This document shows, one piece after another, positions 47,493 to 59,228 of a stretch of DNA of 64,000 nucleotides (position 1 is the first letter of the stretch; the number at the start of each line of letters is the position of its first letter). The notes under the pieces were generated by a model. It was not told the DNA's origin. It made no database searches and saw only the letters and a program-made list of their open reading frames with translations. A program made the position numbers and the translations under genes. Origin of the DNA: Nitrospiraceae bacterium (GTDB taxonomy: Bacteria > Nitrospirota > Nitrospiria > Nitrospirales > UBA2166); NCBI GenBank assembly GCA_002726235.1, contig PBSN01000012.1, positions 1-64,000 of the forward strand. The letters are read 5' to 3'.

Positions 47493-49202
47493 ATGAGTCT
47501 GAACATCGAACGCAGAACATACGTTGATCACTACGGTCCGTCGTGTGGCGATCGTATTCGATTGGCGGATACCGAACTGTGGATTGAGGTTGAAAAGGAT
47601 TTCAACGTCTATGGTGATGAGGCTAAGTTTGGTGGAGGAAAGGTGATTCGAGATGGCATGGGCCAATCCTCTGGTGCAACGGATACCCCAGATTTGGTCG
47701 TCACCAATGCAGTCATTCTTGACTACAGCGGTATTGTCAAAGCTGATATTGCGATCAAGAATGGAAAAATCTCCGGCATCGGCAAGGCTGGGAATCCCGA
47801 CACCATGGATGGAGTAACCGCAGGGATGATCATTGGAGCCGGCACTGAAATTCTTGCGGGCGAAGGCATGATTGTGACTGCTGGGGGTATTGATAGTCAC
47901 ATTCATTTTATTTCGCCACAGCAGATCAATGAGGCCTTTTATTCTGGCGTCACCACAATGATTGGTGGTGGAACCGGGCCGGCAACTGGAACCAATGCAA
48001 CAACCTGTACTCCCGGCCCATGGAATATCCAGAAAATGTATCAATCGGTTGAAGCCTTTCCCTTGAACTTCGGGTTTCTCGGCAAGGGGAATGCCTCCCT
48101 TCCGCAGGCCCTTGATGCACAGGTTGAAGCTGGGGCCATGGGTTTGAAACTGCATGAAGATTGGGGAACGACACCAGCAGCTATCGATTGCTGTTTAGGC
48201 GTTGCTGATCGCTATGACGTCCAGGTAGCCATTCATACTGATACGCTCAATGAGGCGGGATTCGTAGAAGACACTATCGCGGCATTCAAGGGGAGAACCA
48301 TTCACACCTATCACACTGAAGGCGCGGGTGGGGGACATGCTCCGGATATCATTAAAGTGTGTGGACAGTCGAATATATTGCCGTCCTCCACTAATCCCAC
48401 GATGCCGTTTACCGTCAACACCATGGATGAGCATTTGGACATGCTCATGGTCTGTCATCATTTGGACCATCGTGTGCCTGAGGATGTTGCCTTTGCGGAA
48501 TCGCGGATTCGTGCTGAGACGATCGCGGCTGAGGACGTGCTGCATGATATGGGTGCGTTCAGCATTATGGCATCAGATTCTCAAGCGATGGGACGGGTAG
48601 GCGAGGTTATCTGTCGGACATGGCAGACAGCGGATAAAATGAAACAACAGCGAGGACGGTTGGCGGATGAGCAGGGGGAGAACGACAACCTGCGGGCAAA
48701 ACGCTATGTGGCCAAATACACCATTAATCCTGCAATCGCGCATGGCGTGAGTGATGTGATCGGATCAATTGAAGTGGGAAAGATGGCGGATTTCGTGCTG
48801 TGGAAGCCAGCGTTTTTTGGCGTGAAACCAGAGGTGATCGTGAAGGGTGGGTTTATTGCGGGTGCATTGATGGGCGATCCGAATGCGTCGATCCCCACAC
48901 CTCAGCCATGCTTCTACCGCCCAATGTTCGGTGGGTTTGGGCGTGCAATCCAAGCTACGTCTGCACACTTTGTGTCGCAAGCCGCGGTGAGTAGCGGAAG
49001 CTTGAACTCGATGGGGTTACAGAAAGAGCTCATTGCCGTAAAGCATTGTCGAAATATCGGGAAGCGTGATATGAAACTGAATGATCTGCTTCCCAACATT
49101 GCAGTCGATCCGGAAACCTATCATGTGACTGTTGACGGTCAACACATCACCTGTGAGCCTGCCTCGCGCCTAGCTTTGGCCCAGCGCTACTTTCTTTTTT
49201 GA
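47493..49202 (+). CDS. ureC: Urease subunit alpha
   Basis: [48 protein letters not shown] nickel-site motifs. Confidence 0.98.
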   Translation: MSLNIERRTYVDHYGPSCGDRIRLADTELWIEVEKDFNVYGDEAKFGGGKVIRDGMGQSSGATDTPDLVVTNAVILDYSGIVKADIAIKNGKISGIGKAGNPDTMDGVTAGMIIGAGTEILAGEGMIVTAGGIDSHIHFISPQQINEAFYSGVTTMIGGGTGPATGTNATTCTPGPWNIQKMYQSVEAFPLNFGFLGKGNASLPQALDAQVEAGAMGLKLHEDWGTTPAAIDCCLGVADRYDVQVAIHTDTLNEAGFVEDTIAAFKGRTIHTYHTEGAGGGHAPDIIKVCGQSNILPSSTNPTMPFTVNTMDEHLDMLMVCHHLDHRVPEDVAFAESRIRAETIAAEDVLHDMGAFSIMASDSQAMGRVGEVICRTWQTADKMKQQRGRLADEQGENDNLRAKRYVAKYTINPAIAHGVSDVIGSIEVGKMADFVLWKPAFFGVKPEVIVKGGFIAGALMGDPNASIPTPQPCFYRPMFGGFGRAIQATSAHFVSQAAVSSGSLNSMGLQKELIAVKHCRNIGKRDMKLNDLLPNIAVDPETYHVTVDGQHITCEPASRLALAQRYFLF

Positions 49203-49541
49203 CGTGCCTCTTTTCGCACGTTGACGATTGATCAATCGGACAGACGTTAGGGTTTCAACGGTGGATCGTGTGTTTTTGGATGTTTCGGCGCCGTTCGTCG
49301 TTTCTTATGCTTCCGATGTGGACACTTTTCACTCCTCTCTCTTTTCGGCAACAGCTACTTATGTTATTCGTGCGTAGCTCCTAACCTCCTGTCATTGTTG
49401 ACGAATTCTCCTTGCTCTGTGTTGCAAATGGCTTCGTGGATCGAATATACTGGCCCGTAGGCAGGGCTGAGCTCTAAGGAATTTACGGTCTCGATATCAA
49501 CTCGCGAAGATTCTCATAACATTGATTTTAGGAGGGGCGCG

Positions 49542-50207
49542 GTGAAAGAGTTAATGAGCCTAAAAGGGTTGATTTGGGGTGTCATCCTCATTGGTGTGAC
49601 CGTGTTGATTTCAGGATGTGTGACCCGCGAAACCTATGAGAGCCAAGTTAAGCGGTCAACAAACTTGCAGCGTCTGCTCGCAGACGAAGAAAAAAAGCGA
49701 AATGTAGATGTTCGGAGGTACAAGACTTTGGTGCGTGATTTGGAAACGCAAAATCTTGAATTGGAGGATCATAATCGAGGGCTGTCCGCTCAGGTTGCGG
49801 CCTTGCAGGATGAAGAGGCACGGATGGAAGAAGAAATGGGTTTTCTCCAACTTCAACCGACATCTGTTCCTGACATCGAAGACTTCACGATTGATATGGA
49901 TGATATCGAGTCATTTCCGCCGCTAGAATCTTTTGAAGTTCCCGATATGGCCATTGCAGGTGACGAAATTCCCGATATGGCCATTGCAGGTGACGAAATT
50001 CCCGATATGGCCGCTGTAGGGGAAGAGGATTTTTTGGGAACGATGGAACAACCGATCTACTATGAGCTTGAGCAGGGTGATACGTTATATAGTCTTGCCA
50101 GGCGTTATAACACGACGGTGAACGAGCTAAGGGAATTGAACGGGTTAACTGAAAAGAACGATAGAAACCTGTCGCTGGGCCAACGTCTTATTGTAGGGTA
50201 TCAGTAG
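49542..50207 (+). CDS. Lipoprotein with coiled coil and C-terminal LysM domain
   Basis: Lipobox ISG-C, heptad region, YELEQGDTLYSLARRYNTTVNELRELN LysM motif. Confidence 0.88.
   Translation: MKELMSLKGLIWGVILIGVTVLISGCVTRETYESQVKRSTNLQRLLADEEKKRNVDVRRYKTLVRDLETQNLELEDHNRGLSAQVAALQDEEARMEEEMGFLQLQPTSVPDIEDFTIDMDDIESFPPLESFEVPDMAIAGDEIPDMAIAGDEIPDMAAVGEEDFLGTMEQPIYYELEQGDTLYSLARRYNTTVNELRELNGLTEKNDRNLSLGQRLIVGYQ
49939..50012 (+). repeat. 30-nt tandem repeat (PDMAIAGDEI) x2.5
   Basis: TTCCCGATATGGCCATTGCAGGTGACGAAA twice plus a partial third copy. Confidence 0.92.
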
Positions 50208-50228
50208 CGGTTAGATATCGTGTAGCAC

Positions 50229-50314
50229 GCCGAAGTGGCGGAACGGCAGACGCACTAGATTCAGGGTCTAGCGAGGGCGACCTCGTGGGGGTTCAAATCC
50301 CCCCTTCGGCACCA
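50229..50314 (+). tRNA. tRNA-Leu (anticodon CAG)
   Basis: GCCGAAG/CTTCGGC acceptor stem, CTAGA-TTCAGGG-TCTAG anticodon arm, long variable arm, GTTCAAATC, CCA. Confidence 0.97.
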
Positions 50315-50429
50315 GCACCCTTCCTGTTGGGTTTTCCTGCCAAACTAACGTTTCTTCAATTCGATAGGTTGTGAGCCCTGTGTCATCGTAACGGGTAGCA
50401 CTCGCAGTGTGAGTGGGGTGGGTAGAGTA

Positions 50430-51641
50430 ATGACAAGCGAAGAGATCCTAGCTGCTACTGAACGCTATCTCATGAATACCTATGCGCGGCAACCCATCGC
50501 GCTTACGCGAGGAGCCGGGTGTCGTGTCTACGATCCTGAGGGACGTGAGTATATTGATTTTGTTTCTGGCGTTGCCGTCGACGCACTCGGACACTGTTCT
50601 GAGGAGGTAACGGAAGCGATTAATGCCCAGGCTGCCACGCTGATTCACGTGTCCAATCTGTATCACACTGAACCACAGGTTCAGTTGGCTCAGGTGCTTG
50701 TCGAATATTCGTTTGCCGACAAGGTATTTTTTTGTAATAGCGGCGCGGAAGCCAACGAAACTGCAATCAAGTTGACGCGGCAGTACGCGACCCAAACACA
50801 TGGTTCCGAACGCTATGAGATTATTGCTATGGAGAATAGTTTTCATGGTCGTACATTGGCGACCATCGCCGCAACAGGTCAAGCACGATTTCACATGGGA
50901 ATTGGCCCACTGCTTCCTGGCATTGTTCACATTCCCTTTAATGATATTGCTGCCGCAAAAAATGCCGTCACGTCGCGCACAGCGGGAATTTTGGTTGAAC
51001 CTATTCAAGGTGAAGGTGGCGTTGTGGTTGCGGAGCAGAAATTTCTTCAGACGCTCCGAGAGTTGTGTGACCATTTCGGCAGTCTGCTGATTTTTGACGA
51101 AGTGCAAACGGGTGTGGGACGAACGGGGAGTCTCTTTGCGTACGAGCATGATGGAGTGCTCCCCGATATTATGACGTTGGCAAAAGGGTTAGGTGGGGGC
51201 ATTCCTATTGGAGCCTGCTTGGCCGTTGATCGGGTTGCTCGAGCATTTAGTCCTGGGATGCATGGGTGTACCCTTGGGGGCAATCCGTTGGTTTGCTCTA
51301 CAGCGCATGCTGTCTTGTCCAGATTGCTGGAAAACGATGGCCTGCTTGATCGTTGTCGAGAGATAGGTCAGTATTTCGTGAAAAAACTCTATGCACTGAA
51401 GGAAACGTTTGGATGTATTCAGGAAGTACGTGGCCGAGGCTTATTGCTAGGGTTGGCGCTGAACATTGAGGGAAACCACATTGTCGACACTTGCCGTGAG
51501 CAAGGGGTATTGATTAATTGCACGAGTGGGCGTGTGTTGCGATTTGTCCCTCCCCTCACTATTAGCCGAAATGACATTGATCAATTAGTTGAGGTACTTA
51601 CAGCCGTGTTTCAGAAGACCATGTCTAAGGCGGTTTTATGA
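50430..51641 (+). CDS. argD: Acetylornithine aminotransferase
   Basis: FCNSGAEANE, SFHGRT, EPIQGEGG, DEVQTG, TLAKGLGGG; first gene of the arg operon. Confidence 0.93.
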   Translation: MTSEEILAATERYLMNTYARQPIALTRGAGCRVYDPEGREYIDFVSGVAVDALGHCSEEVTEAINAQAATLIHVSNLYHTEPQVQLAQVLVEYSFADKVFFCNSGAEANETAIKLTRQYATQTHGSERYEIIAMENSFHGRTLATIAATGQARFHMGIGPLLPGIVHIPFNDIAAAKNAVTSRTAGILVEPIQGEGGVVVAEQKFLQTLRELCDHFGSLLIFDEVQTGVGRTGSLFAYEHDGVLPDIMTLAKGLGGGIPIGACLAVDRVARAFSPGMHGCTLGGNPLVCSTAHAVLSRLLENDGLLDRCREIGQYFVKKLYALKETFGCIQEVRGRGLLLGLALNIEGNHIVDTCREQGVLINCTSGRVLRFVPPLTISRNDIDQLVEVLTAVFQKTMSKAVL

Positions 51642-52558
51642 AGCCAACACATCTTATGCAGATTGCAGATCTCAGCGTGTCTGAAATCGACGGATTTCTC
51701 CGTATGGCTAGTGCGATGAAAGAAAATCCCGTGGAGCACATCTCATCACGGCCTCTCGCAGGAAAGACCCTTGGCCTTGTGTTTGAAAAGGCGTCAACAC
51801 GTACACGTATTTCCTTTGAAGTGGCGATGACGCAGTTGGGAGGACATTCACTTGTGCTTGGATCGGAAGGAAGCCAGATGACGCGTGGGGAAAGTGTGGC
51901 CGATACGGTGAAGGTCCTTTCCCGCTATGTCGATGGTCTTGTGATTCGAACATTTGGACAAGATATTCTTGAAGAGTGGGCGTTACACGCGACAATTCCA
52001 GTCATTAATGGTCTGACAGATCTTCACCACCCCTGTCAGGTTCTCGCAGATCTTCTGACGATACAAGAGCGTGTTGGCCAGCTACAAGGGGTGAAAATTG
52101 CGTATATTGGCGATGGGAACAATGTGGCACACTCTTTGATTGAAGCTGCTGTGCGTATGGGTATGACCTTATCGCTTGCGTGCCCGTCAGGATATGAGCC
52201 GAATCAGGTGATTGTGGAGGCGGCTTGTATGGGGTCGCATGCAGGTACTGTTGAATGTGTGACTGACCCAATAATTGCAGTAAAAAATGCGGACTTCATC
52301 TATACTGATGTCTGGACAAGTATGGGATATGAGGGAGAGCAGGGTACTCGAACAGCTGTATTTTCAGGATATCAGGTGAATGCGGCGCTTGTCGCTGCGG
52401 CAAAACCCCAAACGCTTGTGATGCATTGTTTGCCTGCACACCGGGGCGAAGAGATCACATCTGATGTTGTCGACGGGCCACAATCAATTGTTCTTGATCA
52501 AGCCGAAAACCGGTTGCATGTTCAGAAAGCAATTCTTGTACGACTGCTTGGCAGCTGA
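51638..52558 (+). CDS. argF: Ornithine carbamoyltransferase
   Basis: [24 protein letters not shown] motifs. Confidence 0.96.
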   Translation: MKPTHLMQIADLSVSEIDGFLRMASAMKENPVEHISSRPLAGKTLGLVFEKASTRTRISFEVAMTQLGGHSLVLGSEGSQMTRGESVADTVKVLSRYVDGLVIRTFGQDILEEWALHATIPVINGLTDLHHPCQVLADLLTIQERVGQLQGVKIAYIGDGNNVAHSLIEAAVRMGMTLSLACPSGYEPNQVIVEAACMGSHAGTVECVTDPIIAVKNADFIYTDVWTSMGYEGEQGTRTAVFSGYQVNAALVAAAKPQTLVMHCLPAHRGEEITSDVVDGPQSIVLDQAENRLHVQKAILVRLLGS

Positions 52559-53778
52559 TGACGACGATGAGCGCTGAGAAAAGAAAAGTTGTCCTTGCAT
52601 ATTCGGGTGGCCTCGATACGTCGGTCATTCTGAAATGGCTCATTGAAGAATCGGGGTATGCGGTGGTCGCGTTTTGTGCTGATCTTGGCCAAGGCGAAGA
52701 TTTTTCGGTTGTGCGTGAGAAAGCGAGAGCTGTTGGCGCATGTAGCGTCTGGATAGAGGACTTACGTGATGTCTTTGTCTCTGAGTTCGTGTTTCCGATG
52801 CTTCGTGCCAATGCGGTTTATGAGGGGTGCTATCTGCTGGGAACAGCGATTGCGCGGCCACTGATTGCGAAGCGGCAGGTGGAGATCGCACGGAAGGAAG
52901 GGGCTGAGGCTATCGCGCATGGAGCGACGGGTAAAGGAAATGATCAAGTGAGATTTGAACTTGCTGCGCGAGCGTTGGATCCTGACATTGCCATTATTGC
53001 GCCTTGGCGGACATGGCCATTTCGGTCACGCAATGACTTGCTCTCATATGCGAAACAGCATGGCATTCCAGTCTCTGCGTCTCCGGCAAAACCTTATAGT
53101 GTGGATCAGAATCTGTTTCATGTCAGTTCAGAAGGAGGCATTCTCGAGGATCCATGGAAGGAGGCACCTGCAGATGTCTATCAAGTCACGAGCGCGCCTG
53201 AGTCAAGTCCAGACATCCCTCGATACCTTGAAATCCAATATAACGCAGGTAATCCTGTTGCAGTTGATGACCAACAACTGTCACCTGTTGACCTTCTGGC
53301 GTACTTGAATACTGTTGGAGGGATGTACGGGATCGGACGACTTGATCTTGTCGAAAACCGCTATGTGGGGATGAAATCAAGGGGGATATATGAGACGCCA
53401 GGTGGAACCATTCTGCACGTGGCGCATCGAGGCATTGAATCGATCACGATGGATCGAGAGGTTGTACATCTGCGCGATGCACTGATTCCTCAATATGCCA
53501 AAATCGTTTATGAAGGGTATTGGTTTTCTCCAGAACGTGAAATGCTTCAGCGTGCGATTGATGAGGCACAACGGCATGTCACCGGGACGGTCAGGGTGAA
53601 ATTATACAAAGGGACATGTGCCGTTGTTGGACGACGATCGGATGATTCGTTGTATCGCGAAGATCTGGCGACTTTTGAAGAGGACAGTGTGTATAAGCAA
53701 CAAGATGCAGAGGGATTCATTCGGCTGAATGGACTTCGACTGGCCATCCAAGCATCCCGGCGACGTGGGCCATCATGA
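52558..53778 (+). CDS. argG: Argininosuccinate synthase
   Basis: [39 protein letters not shown]. Confidence 0.97.
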   Translation: MTTMSAEKRKVVLAYSGGLDTSVILKWLIEESGYAVVAFCADLGQGEDFSVVREKARAVGACSVWIEDLRDVFVSEFVFPMLRANAVYEGCYLLGTAIARPLIAKRQVEIARKEGAEAIAHGATGKGNDQVRFELAARALDPDIAIIAPWRTWPFRSRNDLLSYAKQHGIPVSASPAKPYSVDQNLFHVSSEGGILEDPWKEAPADVYQVTSAPESSPDIPRYLEIQYNAGNPVAVDDQQLSPVDLLAYLNTVGGMYGIGRLDLVENRYVGMKSRGIYETPGGTILHVAHRGIESITMDREVVHLRDALIPQYAKIVYEGYWFSPEREMLQRAIDEAQRHVTGTVRVKLYKGTCAVVGRRSDDSLYREDLATFEEDSVYKQQDAEGFIRLNGLRLAIQASRRRGPS

Positions 53779-55184
53779 CCGCCAAGAAAGATCCGACAGA
53801 AAAACTCTGGGCGGGTCGGTTTCGCGTGCCGCTTGATTTGGAGGTCGAACGGTTCAGTAGCTCACTGCCTATCGACCGACGCCTCTACCGCTATGATATA
53901 CGTGGGAGCATTGCTCACAGTCAGACGCTCGCAAAAGCTGGACTTCTAACACCTCGGGAATCATCTCGAATTGTGAGAGGGTTGAAGCAGATTGAGCGAG
54001 AAATTGACGATGAGACGTTTGTGTTCACAAATGAAGATGAAGATATTCATATGGCCATCGAACGTCGATTAACTGCTTTGTTGGGCAAGGTTGGTGGAAA
54101 ATTACATACCGGCAGAAGTCGCAATGATCAAGTCGCCGTGGATGTCCGCATGTATGTCAAAGATCGTGTCAATGATTTAGTGAAAGGGGTTATTCGATTT
54201 CAGCAAGTACTGGTCGACTGTGCGGGACGCCATCGGGATGTGGTGATGCCGGGATATACGCATCTTCAGCGTGCACAGCCGATATTATTTGCGCATCACC
54301 TGCTGGCGTACGTCGAGATGTTGGGACGTGATAAACAGCGCTTACGTGACGCGCTGAAGCGCATCAATGTGATGCCGCTTGGATCGGGGGCGCTTGCGGG
54401 GCCGAATTTTCCTCTTGACCGGAAGTACACCGCACGCATGCTCGGGTTTCGTGCGGTAACGGAGAACAGTCTCGACGCGGTATCGGATCGAGATTTTATT
54501 TTGGAAACCCTCGGAATTTTGTCCATCTTAATGATGCACCTTTCACGTCTTAGCGAAGAGTTGGTTTTGTGGTCGTCCAACGAATTTCAGTTTATCGAAC
54601 TTGATGATGCGGTGTGTACTGGAAGCAGCATGATGCCACAAAAGAAAAATCCAGATGTGCCAGAGCTTGTGCGTGGAAAAACCGGTCGAGTGTATGGTCA
54701 TCTCATTGGTTTACTGACCGTCATGAAAGGTCTTCCCCTCAGCTATAATCGAGATTTGCAGGAAGATAAAGTGCCCCTGTTTGACGCAATGGAGACAGCT
54801 AGTGCGTGTGTGAGCCTGTATCCAAAACTTTTTCAGAGCATTACTGTCAATCGTGGGGTATTGGCCGCGGCAGTTCAGGATGAATGGCTTTTTTCAACTG
54901 ATCTCGCCGATTATCTTGTGACGCGAGGTGTGCCGTTTCGGGAGGCCCATCATATCGTTGGTCGAATGGTGCGGTTTTGTGCGGAGAATAATCGGAAGTT
55001 TACCGACTTTACCTTGAAAGAACTTCGAGCATTTACAATTCAGTTTGATAAAGGCGCACTTGAGGTGCTGACGGTTGAAGGGTCGCTCAAGCGTCGGTCG
55101 GCAATCGGTGGTACTGCGCGGAAACGGGTTGAAGCAAGACTTGCTTCCCTTACGAAGGCGTTGCAGCGTGAAGCTAATTGGTGA
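53775..55184 (+). CDS. argH: Argininosuccinate lyase
   Basis: [38 protein letters not shown]. Confidence 0.97.
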   Translation: MTAKKDPTEKLWAGRFRVPLDLEVERFSSSLPIDRRLYRYDIRGSIAHSQTLAKAGLLTPRESSRIVRGLKQIEREIDDETFVFTNEDEDIHMAIERRLTALLGKVGGKLHTGRSRNDQVAVDVRMYVKDRVNDLVKGVIRFQQVLVDCAGRHRDVVMPGYTHLQRAQPILFAHHLLAYVEMLGRDKQRLRDALKRINVMPLGSGALAGPNFPLDRKYTARMLGFRAVTENSLDAVSDRDFILETLGILSILMMHLSRLSEELVLWSSNEFQFIELDDAVCTGSSMMPQKKNPDVPELVRGKTGRVYGHLIGLLTVMKGLPLSYNRDLQEDKVPLFDAMETASACVSLYPKLFQSITVNRGVLAAAVQDEWLFSTDLADYLVTRGVPFREAHHIVGRMVRFCAENNRKFTDFTLKELRAFTIQFDKGALEVLTVEGSLKRRSAIGGTARKRVEARLASLTKALQREANW

Positions 55185-55344
55185 GATAAGAGACTGGCGT
55201 CTGGTTTTGGTTTCCAGTGTGCTATTGGTGGTATCTTGGGCTTGCGGAGTCAAAGGGCCTCCGGTCGCACCGGAAGATCTTCTTCTTGACACAAGTTCAA
55301 CGTTGATTGAGGACGAGGAAGGACAAGAGTCAACTGGCTACTAG
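55168..55344 (+). CDS. Small lipoprotein (YifL/LptM-like, LPAM_2 motif)
   Basis: Hydrophobic signal followed by WA-CGVKGPP; position upstream of lysA-dapF is typical; start uncertain. Confidence 0.7.
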   Translation: MKLIGEIRDWRLVLVSSVLLVVSWACGVKGPPVAPEDLLLDTSSTLIEDEEGQESTGY

Positions 55345-55403
55345 TTGTGTTCGTGTGTTGAGATGGTGGATGCAAAACTTGATCGTTCCTAGGCATATTT
55401 ATC

Positions 55404-56660
55404 ATGCATGATTTTCAATTTGTCGATGGGGAGTTTTTCTGTGAAGGTGTTGCTATCGACACCGTTTCGGCCAAGGTAGGGACTCCATTCTATCTGTATA
55501 GCTACGCGACTCTCTGCCGCCACTTGCAGGTCTTTGATTCTGCGTTTGCTGATATTCCTCATCTGACTGCATTTGCTGTGAAATCGAATTCAAATCTTGC
55601 GGTGCTGAAGCTGGTTGCGAATCATGGGTTTGGTGCGGATATCGTGTCTGGCGGAGAACTTTACCGTGCAATCCAAGCAGGCATTGATCCGAACAAGATC
55701 GTCTTTGCGGGAGTTGGGAAGAATGCGGGAGAGATCGAGTATGCGCTTGAGATTGGAATTCGCATGTTCAATGTCGAATCGGGGGAAGAACTTCGTGCGA
55801 TCAACACTGTCGCGGTACGGATGGGCAAGAGAGCTTCTGTCGCTTTGCGTGTGAATCCTGACGTCGACCCCATGACTCACCCGTATATTGCCACAGGATT
55901 GAAGAAGAGTAAGTTCGGTATCGATTCTCAATTTGCTCTCGATAGCTTTGAGGCTGCAACGCATCTTTCCGCGATTGATGTGGTTGGAGTGCATATGCAT
56001 ATCGGGTCGCAACTGACCAAGGTGAGTCCATTTCTTGACGCGGTGAAACGAATCTTAAGGCTAATGGAGAACCTGCAGAAACGGGGGATCAACCTGAGCT
56101 ACATCAACATTGGTGGTGGTCTCGGCATCTCGTATGCGGATGAAACCCCGCCGCATCCAAATGATTTAGCTGAAGCACTGATGCCGCTTCTGCGGGATCT
56201 GAAAGTACGCTTGATTCTTGAACCAGGACGGGTCATTGTCGGAAATGCTGGAATTCTCGTGACCAAGGTGCTGTACACCAAAAACGGGGACGGGAAACAC
56301 TTTGTTATTGTCGATGCGGCGATGAATGATCTTCTTCGTCCGAGTTTATATGAGGCGTATCATGAGATTGTGCCTGTCCGACAGGAGAAGCGAGATTCGA
56401 TGATAGTTGATGTTGTTGGACCAATCTGCGAATCTGGTGACTTTCTTGCCAAAGATCGTGAGCTTCCTGAGGTCAAATCCGGAGAGTTGCTCGCCGTAAT
56501 GAGCGCTGGTGCCTACGGGTTTACAATGGCGTCGAATTATAATACGCGCCCTCGCGTTCCGGAAGTGATGGTTCGAGACCGGGATATTTGTGTGATTCGC
56601 GAGCGTGAAAGCTACGCGGATCTAGTGAGGGGAGAAGTGATTCCTGATTTTCTCCAATAG
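55404..56660 (+). CDS. lysA: Diaminopimelate decarboxylase
   Basis: FAVKSN PLP lysine, HIGSQ, EPGR, GPICESGD, GAYG. Confidence 0.97.
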   Translation: MHDFQFVDGEFFCEGVAIDTVSAKVGTPFYLYSYATLCRHLQVFDSAFADIPHLTAFAVKSNSNLAVLKLVANHGFGADIVSGGELYRAIQAGIDPNKIVFAGVGKNAGEIEYALEIGIRMFNVESGEELRAINTVAVRMGKRASVALRVNPDVDPMTHPYIATGLKKSKFGIDSQFALDSFEAATHLSAIDVVGVHMHIGSQLTKVSPFLDAVKRILRLMENLQKRGINLSYINIGGGLGISYADETPPHPNDLAEALMPLLRDLKVRLILEPGRVIVGNAGILVTKVLYTKNGDGKHFVIVDAAMNDLLRPSLYEAYHEIVPVRQEKRDSMIVDVVGPICESGDFLAKDRELPEVKSGELLAVMSAGAYGFTMASNYNTRPRVPEVMVRDRDICVIRERESYADLVRGEVIPDFLQ

Positions 56661-56681
56661 TCCATTGTATGTGATACCGAT

Positions 56682-57509
56682 ATGATTCCTTTCATGAAGC
56701 TAGCGGGGAGTGGAAACGATTTTATCCTTATTGATAACCGACGTGCGTCCATTGCGGCGACGCGATTGAAACGACTCGCGGTTCAGCTCTGTCGCCGTCG
56801 ATGGTCAGTTGGAGCTGATGGATTGATTGTAATTGAATCTTCATCGCGGGCTGATTTTAAGTGGAGATTCTTCAACGCCGATGGAAGCCGAGCTGGGTTT
56901 TGTGGAAATGGGGCACGCTGTGCTGCGCGTTTTGCCCATGTCAAGAAAATCGCACGGCGGCATATGGTGTTTGAGACCCGCGTTGGTCTGATTACAGCCG
57001 AGGTGATTAGTTCTCGTGGCGAGAGAGTAAAAGTTCGTATGCCTAATCCGAAAAGTCTTCAATTGGATATGAAAATTCCAATCGATGGCCGAAAACAAAC
57101 CGCACATTTCGTTGATACTGGGGTGCCACACTGTGTGTATGTGGTTGACGATCTCATTAACGCAGATGTAAATGGATTAGGGAGCACGACGCGCAATCAC
57201 CGCCTGTTCCACCCATTGGGGACCAATGTGTGTTTCATTAACGTGCTGAACACTCATCGCATTAGGATTCGAACCTACGAACGGGGTGTCGAAGGGGAGA
57301 CCTTGGCGTGTGGAACGGGTTCGATTGCCGCAGTGGTAATTGCGAATAAACTTGGTGCCGTGACCTCTCCGGTAACCGTTATACCAGCTAGCGGTCGGCC
57401 ACTGAGCGTGTCATTTATGGTTGAAGATGGTATGTATCGAGAGGTATTTCTGGAAGGTGATGCTCGCGTGATCTATGACGGCCACATCAGGCCGGATGCC
57501 TTGGATTAA
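56682..57509 (+). CDS. dapF: Diaminopimelate epimerase
   Basis: GSGNDF, FCGNGARC, ERGVEGETLACGTG. Confidence 0.96.
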   Translation: MIPFMKLAGSGNDFILIDNRRASIAATRLKRLAVQLCRRRWSVGADGLIVIESSSRADFKWRFFNADGSRAGFCGNGARCAARFAHVKKIARRHMVFETRVGLITAEVISSRGERVKVRMPNPKSLQLDMKIPIDGRKQTAHFVDTGVPHCVYVVDDLINADVNGLGSTTRNHRLFHPLGTNVCFINVLNTHRIRIRTYERGVEGETLACGTGSIAAVVIANKLGAVTSPVTVIPASGRPLSVSFMVEDGMYREVFLEGDARVIYDGHIRPDALD

Positions 57510-57533
57510 TTGACGGGAACGGAAAACCTGCTC

Positions 57534-58424
57534 ATGGGAACCCCTCAGACGCTATATCGCGGATCAATGGTGGCGATCGTCACGCCTTTTAAAGAGGGCG
57601 TGTTTGAGGCCACTGCGCTCGAGCATCTGATCGATTTTCAGCTCAGCAACGGCACCGTTGGTATTGTTCCCTGTGGGACAACCGGAGAATCAGCGACCAT
57701 GAGTCACGAGGAACATCGGCGTGTGGTCGAGGTAGCGGTCAAGGCGGTTGGTGGTCGAATCCCTGTGATTGCGGGTACGGGGTCGAATAGTACTGATGAG
57801 GCCATTGATCTGACCCGTCATGCCAAACAGGTTGGCGCCGATGCAGCACTTCTCATTACTCCCTATTACAACAAACCAACTCAAGAAGGCCTCTTTCTCC
57901 ATTATAAGCGGGTCGCCGAATCCGTAGATTTGCCCCTGATTCTGTACAACATTCCTGGGCGGACAGCCGTGAATATGTTGCCTGAGACCGTCGAACGATT
58001 GTGCGCAGTTTCCAACGTTGTCGCGATCAAGGAAGGATCAGGTTCGCTGCAACAAATCAGTGATGTAGTGAGACGATGTGGGGACCGCATGCCTGTGCTC
58101 TCAGGTGATGATGCGTTGACTCTTCCGATTTTGGCTGTTGGAGGGACCGGCGTGATTACCGTATCTGCAAATATCATCCCCAAAGAGGTCTCCACTATGA
58201 TTGATGCGTTTAACGTTGGGAATATCGACCAGGCGAGGCAGGGGCATTTGAAAATGGATCCGCTCGTGTCAGCCCTCTTTCTCGAAACTAATCCCATTCC
58301 TGTCAAACAAGCGCTTGCTTTTATGGGGAAAATGTCAGCCGAAGTGCGTCTTCCTCTTTGCCGGATGTCTGATGAAAACCAGCAACGCCTTAGGCAAGTC
58401 ATGACAACATACGGATTACTCTGA
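57534..58424 (+). CDS. dapA: 4-hydroxy-tetrahydrodipicolinate synthase
   Basis: CGTTGES, PYYNKPTQ, YNIPGRT, IKE, ETNPIPVK. Confidence 0.96.
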   Translation: MGTPQTLYRGSMVAIVTPFKEGVFEATALEHLIDFQLSNGTVGIVPCGTTGESATMSHEEHRRVVEVAVKAVGGRIPVIAGTGSNSTDEAIDLTRHAKQVGADAALLITPYYNKPTQEGLFLHYKRVAESVDLPLILYNIPGRTAVNMLPETVERLCAVSNVVAIKEGSGSLQQISDVVRRCGDRMPVLSGDDALTLPILAVGGTGVITVSANIIPKEVSTMIDAFNVGNIDQARQGHLKMDPLVSALFLETNPIPVKQALAFMGKMSAEVRLPLCRMSDENQQRLRQVMTTYGLL

Positions 58425-59221
58425 TGCGGCTAATCATGTCTGGAGCAGCCGGCCGGATGGGCCAGTGTATTATCGGATTAATCCAACGGGCGGAGGATTG
58501 TGAACTTGCCGGCGCCGTTGAAATTTCAGGTCATCCTGCCGTCGGATTGGATGCTGGGACTTTTGCTGGATATGGGGTTGTTGGCGTTGAGGTGAGCGAT
58601 GTGCTTGAGAAAGTGGTCGATCAGGCCGATGCCGTGATTGACTTTTCATTGCCTTCGGGAACGATGGAAAATGCGAAAATCTGTGCCAAGCATTCCACTC
58701 CGTTAGTGATTGGAACGACAGGAATTTCATCAATTCAGGCCGATGCATTGCAACAACTTGTTCGGACTTTTCCCTGTGTTCTGGCACCTAATATGAGTAT
58801 TGGCATCAACGTCTTGTTGAATGTGCTTGCGGATATGGCTGTAGTCCTTCAAAAAGATTACGACGTCGAAGTTGTCGAAGCCCATCATCGATTTAAACAA
58901 GATGCGCCAAGTGGGACTGCGCTTGGCATGGCAAAGGAGATTGCAAGGGCACAAGGGAAGGATTTCGACATGATGGGGATATATGGTCGCCAAGGGGAGC
59001 GAAAACCTGGTGAAATTGGAATGCAATCCATTCGTGCTGGAGATATTGTTGGAGATCATACCGTCTATTTTGGAGGAGTAGGTGAGCGGATTGAGATTAC
59101 GCATCGCGCTCAAAGTCGTGAACCCTTTGCTTACGGAGCCATACAAGCAGCTCGCTGGGTATCAGCTCAGCCACCAGGACTGTACGACATGCAAGATGTC
59201 CTCGGGCTAAAGAAAGATTAA
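58424..59221 (+). CDS. dapB: 4-hydroxy-tetrahydrodipicolinate reductase
   Basis: GAAGRMG, IGTTG, APNMSIG, EAHHRFKQDAPSGTA. Confidence 0.96.
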   Translation: MRLIMSGAAGRMGQCIIGLIQRAEDCELAGAVEISGHPAVGLDAGTFAGYGVVGVEVSDVLEKVVDQADAVIDFSLPSGTMENAKICAKHSTPLVIGTTGISSIQADALQQLVRTFPCVLAPNMSIGINVLLNVLADMAVVLQKDYDVEVVEAHHRFKQDAPSGTALGMAKEIARAQGKDFDMMGIYGRQGERKPGEIGMQSIRAGDIVGDHTVYFGGVGERIEITHRAQSREPFAYGAIQAARWVSAQPPGLYDMQDVLGLKKD

Positions 59222-59228
59222 TCAACGT

